64,000 bases of DNA, taken from positions 113,459 through 177,458 of the forward strand of contig VYFQ01000003.1 of the NCBI GenBank assembly GCA_009842325.1, in the 5' to 3' direction. The stretch's first letter is position 1; the number at the start of each line of letters is the position of its first letter. Made by a program: the position numbers and the translations under genes. The notes beneath the pieces are model-generated. The model had not been told where the DNA came from, searched no databases, and saw nothing but the letters and a program-made list of their open reading frames with translations. Positions 56,313 to 64,000 of this stretch are shown here, one piece after another. The DNA is from Acidimicrobiaceae bacterium. Lineage in GTDB: Bacteria; Actinomycetota; Acidimicrobiia; Acidimicrobiales; Aldehydirespiratoraceae.

Positions 56313-58514
56313 TCAGTCTTGCAGTTGGCCCTCCGACGCTTCCGGTAGCTCAAAACAGTCGAGTGCGCCATAAAGTACATCGCTGGGTTCATCGCTATAG
56401 AGGACGTAAAGGCGGTCTCGGGCTCGCGTCATCGCGACGTACAGTTGGCTAAGTTGAAGGGCCTGCCGTTCCTTGTGTTCTGTCTCTGACTGTCCAGCAA
56501 GTTGTCTCAACGGGAAGGACGATGCGGATAGGTCCAGCAGGAACACAACCTTGAACTCAAGCCCCTTGGATCGATGAAATGTTCCGAGCTTTATGAGCTG
56601 ATTGGGGCGGCCGTCAAACTCAGTGAGCTCTTGGCAACTGAGCCCTGAATTCGTAAGGATCGCCAAAGCATCCTTGACTCGGGAATTCGTAGAAGCGAAC
56701 ACGCCGATATCGCCGGGGGCTATTGACCCTGACTGCGCAAGCGTCCGAATCTGCTGGGCGACAAATTCTATCTGACCCCCATAGTTGCCAGCCTGTACGA
56801 GTAGCGGCTTCGCGCCGTCTCGACTGGTTTCGAACTCTGCATCTCCACGCGCGTACTCCTCGCCCAGATCGTCTACGACTTCAGAACCAGCGCAGGCCAT
56901 AGCCGTTTCGATGATGCTACGTGGGTTACGGTAATTCAAGCGGAGAACCGCGCTGTTTCCCTGTATATCTATGCCAGCCTGTCCCAGGGTATATCCCCCC
57001 GGGTAGACCTTCTGAGCGCCGTCCCCCACGATGAACAGTCCATCGGGCTGATTCTGCTCTTGGGAGCCTCGAATCAGAGCCAAGACCAGTTGCAGGCCAA
57101 CGAGTGTAAGATCCTGAGACTCGTCGACAATCGCTGCCCGATACCTTGGCATCGGGTCTTCGCGAGCTAAGTCTCGGGCCATTCGAACGACATCGGGAAA
57201 GTCAACGATGCCCGCATCAACTAGACGCTGGTCCCAGTCTTCTCGAAGCATCCATGCCTGCTGACGCATAGCAGTTGAGAAGGGAACCCGTCGTCCGGTT
57301 CTCCGTATTTCAAGATACTCCTCTAGCGAGCCAATACCGCGTCCCTTGATTACAGCTGTCACCTCATCACGCAAGTATCTTCTAGTAAGTGATGCCCTAT
57401 CGAGCGGTGATCCTCTTTGAACAACCTTCCTATATGCCTTTGCGAAGGCTGAATCAACCCTTCTTTGGTCGACGTAGGGCGTCTGGCCGGCTTCAACGCA
57501 TACACGTCGTGCGAGTCTGTCGATGTTGATGAACTCGACAGCGCCAGGCACGGAGGTAGGGAGTCTCGCGTAGAGGTTCTCGAGAACTGGGGGAAGGTTC
57601 CTGACGAAGGTTGTGAAGAGAATCGGTGCCCCAATCTCCGGTGGGGCTTCGGCTCGGCGCTTCGCCAAGGCAGCGGCCCGGTGAAGTGCGACCACGGTCT
57701 TGCCCGTACCAGCTGACCCTCGGACGCGAGCTGGACCGTTGAACCGCCGATCAACGAGCGCACGCTGATCGGGATGGAGGAAGATCATCCAGTCCTCGAT
57801 GGGCGCCTCCGCGAGACGACGAATCTCGTCGGGCGTCAGGACCGACGAGAGACCGGCCAATGCTCCCCGCTCAACGATCGCCCGCCGGAACCGCTCGTCA
57901 GCGTCGCTGTCTTCCTCCACTAGCTGACGCTGTCGCCATTCGCGTGGAGATACTTCACTGAGTTCGAGAACTTGGTTGAAGTGTTCCTCGGTGATGTCGG
58001 GCCATGCGTCGAGGAGGGTGTCAACTGTTGCAGTCCGGAGAATCTTCACTGCATCCGCATCGAATCCGGCTTCAGCAAGTTCCGTAGAACTCCAATGCTC
58101 AACTATTGAAGGCTCACTGTCATCTAGGACGCGCTGCGCTCTGACAGGCTGGTTCGCCAGAGGCTGCTCCTCTGATTCGGTTGCCACTTGCCTGACCTCA
58201 ATCAAGCCTGGGCTGCCCGCGAGGGGGGCGACAAACGCCGTGCGGTCGGCCAACTCGTAGATGTCGTCGTGGTAGCCAGCCCGAAGTAGAACGGATGTAG
58301 AGCCTTGGCGAGCGAGCAGGACCCGAATCTTCTGGGAGACTCGAATTGACCACAGTCGCTTACGGCCCGTGCCACCTTGCAGACGCTCAAGGTTCAATGA
58401 AGGAGTGGATGGATCTCTTGCGAACTGTTCTACTGCTCGCCAAACGCGTTGCGCGTCGCCTGGCTCGAGCTTCAGCGTTGATTGGAGAAACTGGGTATCA
58501 AGTGCGACGTCCAC
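56313..58514 (-). CDS. SF1 (UvrD/Rep-like) helicase with RelE/ParE-like N-terminal domain
   Basis: GTG start preceded by GGGAGG. N-terminal ~95 aa: KRLWSIRVSQKIRVLLARQGSTSVLLRAGYHDDIY (RelE/ParE-like beta-strand pattern). Walker A GSAGTGKT, Walker B AAIVDESQD, motif VI-like VAMTRARDRLYVLY. Confidence 0.8.
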   Translation of the reverse strand: MDVALDTQFLQSTLKLEPGDAQRVWRAVEQFARDPSTPSLNLERLQGGTGRKRLWSIRVSQKIRVLLARQGSTSVLLRAGYHDDIYELADRTAFVAPLAGSPGLIEVRQVATESEEQPLANQPVRAQRVLDDSEPSIVEHWSSTELAEAGFDADAVKILRTATVDTLLDAWPDITEEHFNQVLELSEVSPREWRQRQLVEEDSDADERFRRAIVERGALAGLSSVLTPDEIRRLAEAPIEDWMIFLHPDQRALVDRRFNGPARVRGSAGTGKTVVALHRAAALAKRRAEAPPEIGAPILFTTFVRNLPPVLENLYARLPTSVPGAVEFINIDRLARRVCVEAGQTPYVDQRRVDSAFAKAYRKVVQRGSPLDRASLTRRYLRDEVTAVIKGRGIGSLEEYLEIRRTGRRVPFSTAMRQQAWMLREDWDQRLVDAGIVDFPDVVRMARDLAREDPMPRYRAAIVDESQDLTLVGLQLVLALIRGSQEQNQPDGLFIVGDGAQKVYPGGYTLGQAGIDIQGNSAVLRLNYRNPRSIIETAMACAGSEVVDDLGEEYARGDAEFETSRDGAKPLLVQAGNYGGQIEFVAQQIRTLAQSGSIAPGDIGVFASTNSRVKDALAILTNSGLSCQELTEFDGRPNQLIKLGTFHRSKGLEFKVVFLLDLSASSFPLRQLAGQSETEHKERQALQLSQLYVAMTRARDRLYVLYSDEPSDVLYGALDCFELPEASEGQLQD

Positions 58515-58541
58515 AACTGCCTCCCGCCAACCGCCGAGCCA

Positions 58542-59378
58542 CTAGCGGCCCAAGTAACGATCAAGAGTGGCAAGCACCAGCTGCGCGACGCTGCACGCTT
58601 CGCGGACAACGAGATGTGCGACCTCCGTACTGACTCCAGTAGGCAGCGTACGACCGTGTCCTGTCCCTTCATCGTTCCTCAGGACGTTGCTCATTCGGGC
58701 GATGGACCATGAGGACTGCAAGATCTCGCGCACCTGTTTGCCACCGGGCGCGGCCACATCTACATCCTCCGGGAGCAGACCCAGGCGATCACGCGTGTGG
58801 AACCACAACTGGTCAAAGTCCATGGCCGAGTAGGGGACTGAGAACGCTTCGAGAACGTACTTGGCGGTGGACTCAAGCATTTCCTTCGCAGTACCGAGCA
58901 TGAGAGCAGGGTCCTCGCTCGCGCGCCGCAGGCGAGCGAGTTGATCTTCGATCGCGGGCCGGCCCTCCACGGCGACGACTGCGCCGACCCCTGCCGGTCG
59001 GAGTTCACCGGACTCGGCCAACTCCCAGTCGATGCGCGCGAACGCCGTCCGGGCAGGAGAGACCTTGAGCTTTCGCGCGTGTTCGGCGCTCGGGTCGTCT
59101 TCGGCTCTGAAGAATCCAAAGGCTCTGTACTCAGCGAGTAAGCCCTCGATGAGGTCACGGGCTCTGGCAGGCTCCCTAACGGCGGCGCTGATAGCGCTCC
59201 TGACACGATCTTCCTTGTTCATCTGCTGCACCGCGCTCTGGCTGTTGTACGGCGCAGCGCTTGCGTACCCAGTTCGTGCGAACACCCGGGTGAGGACCGA
59301 GTGGCGCGGTCCATCGCCACCTGTCACGAAGGCCCCCAGGGTTGCCGCTACTTCATCGCTGACGGGGTGTCGCGCCAT
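58542..59378 (-). CDS. Abi_C / AbiJ-type HEPN-domain protein
   Basis: In-frame ATG at 59378 with a GGAGG RBS (atcGGAGGcatcATG). C-terminal LGTAKEMLESTAKYVLE ... VLRNDEGTGHG (R-x6-H HEPN-type motif as in the Abi_C family). Its stop lies 27 nt before the helicase start. Confidence 0.7.
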   Translation of the reverse strand: MARHPVSDEVAATLGAFVTGGDGPRHSVLTRVFARTGYASAAPYNSQSAVQQMNKEDRVRSAISAAVREPARARDLIEGLLAEYRAFGFFRAEDDPSAEHARKLKVSPARTAFARIDWELAESGELRPAGVGAVVAVEGRPAIEDQLARLRRASEDPALMLGTAKEMLESTAKYVLEAFSVPYSAMDFDQLWFHTRDRLGLLPEDVDVAAPGGKQVREILQSSWSIARMSNVLRNDEGTGHGRTLPTGVSTEVAHLVVREACSVAQLVLATLDRYLGR

Positions 59379-59481
59379 GATGCCTCCGATAGGCTCATTA
59401 CAATCATGTAATTCTATCGAGTGATACTCGGAGCAGGCCACTGGGCGTGTGCACGTACCTAGGAGCAGGAGGTGACGAAGC

Positions 59482-59610
59482 ATGAGCAAATCCAAGCATT
59501 CGCCGAAGGTGTCGAAGGCGGGTAAGACCTTGGGCAGCCCCAAGAGCACTCCAGCGCAGAAGTCGAAGGCGGGCAAGACCTTGCAGGGCCACAAGGAGAA
59601 GCAGCACTGA
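59482..59610 (+). CDS. candidate 42-aa lysine-rich small protein
   Basis: Below the ORF-track length cutoff. AGGAGCAGGAGG precedes the ATG. MSKSKHSPKVSKAGKTLGSPKSTPAQKSKAGKTLQGHKEKQH contains an internal SKAGKTL repeat (a 22-bp DNA repeat with 1 mismatch). Confidence 0.4.
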   Translation: MSKSKHSPKVSKAGKTLGSPKSTPAQKSKAGKTLQGHKEKQH

Positions 59611-60276
59611 CGGGGCTTACCAGCCGTCCCACGGTTCGCATCACAGTCAAGGACCCCTCGTAGTTCCACGACGGCTCATCTTCCCCACCGAAGCGAGCTG
59701 GGTGCTGAGCCGTATCAACACCGCGTAACCGACCTGAGGGTAGCCATGGCGGCATTCTCGGCCCGCTCGAGGTCGGTCTGGTTGCGCGACCCCAACGGCC
59801 AGGGGTCGCGAGGCTGATATGGCTGACAGCCACGGTAGGGGCTCCCGGTGGCTGCCAGCAAGGCCCGCCGCCGAGCTAGGATCCTGAGTGAGGGGTCACG
59901 CTCGGCGTCTTTTTTGATGGGAGAGAACTTCTCCAGCCGATGGCATCGGCGCGAACAGGGCGTGGCCCCTTGGGCTGCCGCCTAGCCACTGCGATGGATA
60001 CACACGTAAGCAATCACCCAACAAGGGCGGCGGGCAATCCCTAGTTGCTCGGCGTCCAACGGATGTCCGCAATTGGTGGATACCCGCAGACACGGCTTCT
60101 TGTGCCGATATTGCGAGACCTCGCGTCAGATGTGCCCCAAGGTGTTCGGCGACACTGGATACCGCGACCTCGGTGCACTTGGGGCGGAAGATCGGGGCCT
60201 GGCCGGCATGGGCCGGTAGCACCTCGTAGGTCTAATGTCCGCGAGAGAGTCGCCATAGGGCTGACTAGGGGGAAGA

Positions 60277-60965
60277 ATGGGTGTGCAGAAATACGTGGTC
60301 TTGCTTGATGCTGATCACGCCGTCACGGCGGGCGAGCGCGACGATGCGGTGGGGCGGCTGGTTGAGTGTGCCGAGGGAGCAGCTGGGCTGGTCGGCTTGA
60401 CGGTTAGCAGTCTGAACGAGTCTCTCACGGGTCCTGCTGAGACCATTGCTGTGGTGCAGGCGTGGATCGATGATTCCGCCGATGCGGGGGCGGTTCTTGC
60501 TCGCCTGACCGGCTCGACGGACGCGACGGTGTCGAGCTGGCTAGTTGAGGAGATCGTGTTTCTGGCGCCGGTTGATCGCAGGGTGTCGGGGGAGCACTCG
60601 CGGCTCAACCTGTTCGGGACGGCTGCCAAGCGGGAGGACTTCACCACCGAGGGGTTCTTCGACTACTGGAAGACGGTGCACGCCCCCATCTCCTCGTCGA
60701 TCCCGGGCAGCTCCGGCTATGTCGTGTCCCGGGTCCGCGACACGGTGAGCATGCCGGTGGAACGCACCGTCGATGCGTTCATCGAGCTGTGGTACCCGAC
60801 CCGCGACCACCATGCCAGCGCCAACGAGCACCCGCTCGCCGCCAAGGCCTGGGAGGACGTCCCCAACTACGCCCGCACCGACGGCCAGTTCTGGCTGACC
60901 CACGAGCACGTGGTCATCGAACCGCCCGGCACCGGCCCGGGCATGTTCGACTCCGACGGCGGCTG

Positions 60966-60966
<1 letters not shown>
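60277..60966 (+). CDS. EthD-domain-like protein (tandem)
   Basis: GGGGGAAGA RBS-like sequence. The second half, REDFTTEGFFDYWKTVHAPI...VDAFIELWY, resembles the EthD family. Confidence 0.5.
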
Positions 60967-62135
<1,169 letters not shown>

Positions 62136-62161
62136 GCCCCGGCGTGGAAGGGAACGCAGGC

Positions 62162-62956
62162 GTGAGACGACTCGAAGGCCTGTCCGCGCTGATCAGCGGG
62201 GGAGCCAGCGGCGTCGGGCGGGCCACCGCCCACCGCTTCGCCGAGGAGGGCGCCGCCCGGATCACGCTGTTCGACAAGGACGCCTCGCGCATCGCCGACG
62301 TCGCCGCCGAGGTGGCCGGCATCGGCGCCGAGCCCCGGACCGTGGTCGGCGACGTGGCCAACCCGCCCGACTGCCAGCGGGCCGTGGACGAGGCGGTGCG
62401 GGGCGACGGCCGCCTCGACGTGCTGGTCAGCAACGCCGGCGCCGACTCGATCCACGACTTCCTGGACCTCGAGCTCGACGAGTGGTACCGGATCATGGAC
62501 ATCAACCTCACCGCGTCGTTCGTGCTGGGCCAGGCCGCGGCCCGGGCCATGGTGGCTGCCGGCAACGGCGGCACGATCCTCTACACCGCGTCGATCTCGG
62601 GGGTGGCCGCCTCCACCGGCGACGCCCACTACGGCGTGTCCAAGGCCGGCATCATCAGCCTCGTCAAGACCATGGCCATCGAGCTGGTCGGGCACAACAT
62701 CACCGTGAACTGCGTCAGCCCCGGCCCGCTCGACACCCCCATGTCGCTGGCGCTGCTGGGCAGCGAGGAGGCCATGCAGGCCGCCCGGGAGAGCTGGCCC
62801 ATCGTCCCCATGAACCGCCTCGGCTCACCCACCGAGATCGCCGGCACCTACGCCTACCTGGCCTCCGCCGACGGCGCCTACACCACCGGCCAAAACATCA
62901 TCGTCGACGGAGGCATGACCTCCAACGTCTTCCCAGTAGCCGACGAACTCCAGTAG
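62162..62956 (+). CDS. SDR family oxidoreductase (FabG-like)
   Basis: GTG start. ALISGGASGVGRATA, NAGA, YGVSKAG, NCVSPGPLDTPM. Confidence 0.85.
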   Translation: MRRLEGLSALISGGASGVGRATAHRFAEEGAARITLFDKDASRIADVAAEVAGIGAEPRTVVGDVANPPDCQRAVDEAVRGDGRLDVLVSNAGADSIHDFLDLELDEWYRIMDINLTASFVLGQAAARAMVAAGNGGTILYTASISGVAASTGDAHYGVSKAGIISLVKTMAIELVGHNITVNCVSPGPLDTPMSLALLGSEEAMQAARESWPIVPMNRLGSPTEIAGTYAYLASADGAYTTGQNIIVDGGMTSNVFPVADELQ

Positions 62957-62969
62957 GGATCTCCAACCG

Positions 62970-64000
62970 TCAGCTGAGGAGCAGGCGGCCATCCTTCACG
63001 TCTGCGGTCGTGCCGACCGTCTCGGTGGTCGTGACCGTGTCGATGGTGGGCCGGTCGAGTGCGGTGGCCCAGGCACGGCTTCCGTCGTTGAAGCGGACTA
63101 GCGCGACCGCTGTTGGGGGCTCCTGGATGTAGTCGACGGTCACGCCGTCGATGATGACCGGGCCGTCGCGGTCGGGGGTGGCCAAGTCGCGGGGATGCAG
63201 TTCCGGGGTCTGGCGGGATGTGACGAACGGCTCTGTCGGCGGGGACGCGGACAGCAGGCCTAGAGCGTGCTTGGCTGCCATGCCGCCGCTTCCGTGTACC
63301 AGGCCGGTGGCGCCGGGGGCGTCCTCGCGCAGACGGTCGACCATGGCGATCAGGCCCTCGCCTGCGCCGAAGTTGGTGGGCGCGCCCGTGAAGGCCAGGC
63401 CTCCCGACACGGTGAGCGGGCGGTCGTCGTCGATCCCGAGCGCCTCCAGGGCGAGTGCGACCATCGACGGGAAGCAGGCATAGAGGTCGAAGTGGCCGAT
63501 GCCGGCTGAATCCCCGGTGAACGACAGCATGTCGTCGGCCGCCGCCTGCAGGCCGGGATGGACGGCCAACTCGTGCCGGCTGGCCAAGAAATCGGTGTCG
63601 TCTGCCATGGAGACCCGGTGCGGGAAGATCATCCGGTCAGGCGACACGCCTTGGTCGCGGGCCACCTCCAGCGAGCAGACCAGCAGGGCACCGGCGCGGT
63701 CGACGGTGTTGTTGGCCGACATGGCCTTTGTGTAGGGCCAGCTCACCATCCGGTTCTCGGGCGAGATCTCGGCGATCTCTTCGGCCGACATCGCATGCCG
63801 GGTGGGGGAGTGATCGACTCCGGCGGCCACGGCGGCGAACCCGGTACAGAGCTCCGCGGTCCGGCGCCGGTTCTCGGCCATCGTCTCGCCCCGCCGGGCC
63901 CTGATGGCGCTCTCGATCAGCGCGAACGCGTTCCTCGGCATGTGGCCAGCGGCCGCCTCCGCCCCCGGGTCCCCGATCACCAGCGGCGATCCCCACGCCT
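62970..64000 (-). CDS. thiolase-fold protein (SCP-x / lipid-transfer type), C-terminal part; open to the right edge
   Basis: The frame stays open upstream of 63980 to nt 64000. DLYACFP, GGLAFTGAPTNFGAGEG and HGSGGMAAKHA resemble the thiolase C-terminal domain. An extra ~90-aa C-terminal domain follows. Confidence 0.55.
   Translation of the reverse strand, partial: AWGSPLVIGDPGAEAAAGHMPRNAFALIESAIRARRGETMAENRRRTAELCTGFAAVAAGVDHSPTRHAMSAEEIAEISPENRMVSWPYTKAMSANNTVDRAGALLVCSLEVARDQGVSPDRMIFPHRVSMADDTDFLASRHELAVHPGLQAAADDMLSFTGDSAGIGHFDLYACFPSMVALALEALGIDDDRPLTVSGGLAFTGAPTNFGAGEGLIAMVDRLREDAPGATGLVHGSGGMAAKHALGLLSASPPTEPFVTSRQTPELHPRDLATPDRDGPVIIDGVTVDYIQEPPTAVALVRFNDGSRAWATALDRPTIDTVTTTETVGTTADVKDGRLLLS

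Noticed and set aside
59459-60222. Minus-strand ORFs 59459..59833 and 59896..60222, considered as integrase or recombinase remnants
   Set aside because: Translations in all frames showed no recombinase-like motifs (no R..H..R..Y or serine-recombinase pattern). The composition is Pro/Ser/Arg-rich.

Overview
High-GC, actinobacterium-like chromosomal window, tightly packed with many ATGA/GTGA start-stop overlaps. No rRNA, tRNA, CRISPR array, transposase or integrase was recognised. (1) nt 1-28,340 is core-like. It holds a hydrolase and an SDR. There is a Liv-type ABC transporter operon with unusual permease/ATPase fusions, followed by an acyl-CoA dehydrogenase. Next come secreted beta-propeller and neocarzinostatin-like proteins. 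A scattered oxidative catabolic set follows (FAD monooxygenase, maleate-isomerase-like, Mo-hydroxylase large subunit). The block ends with a sulfotransferase, TetR, COG0523 GTPase, amidohydrolase, amine oxidase and Cu/Zn SOD. (2) nt ~28,357-60,276 is a compositionally mosaic accessory/defence island. It contains a DUF2442 gene and HEPN plus wHTH-nucleotidyltransferase modules. It also has an AhpD-like gene with an in-frame TGA at the second Cys of CxxC plus a SECIS-like hairpin. A NYN/DUF2188 cassette is bracketed by 40-bp repeats copying the start of a phosphatase gene. Further right lie a phosphatase + ADP-ribosylglycohydrolase operon and an orphan low-GC PD-(D/E)xK-like gene. Then come a Kiwa-like pair, a GmrSD-like type IV restriction gene and a complete class 1 DISARM operon (drmD-drmMI-drmA-drmB-drmC). 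Converging on DISARM is a two-gene operon: HEPN/Abi_C-like protein + RelE-like-N-terminus SF1 helicase. I cannot assign that operon to a named system and rank it the best candidate for something undescribed. (3) nt 60,277-64,000 is core-like again (EthD-like, aminotransferase, SDR, thiolase-like). All family calls come from motifs read by eye and remembered family signatures. No searches were run.
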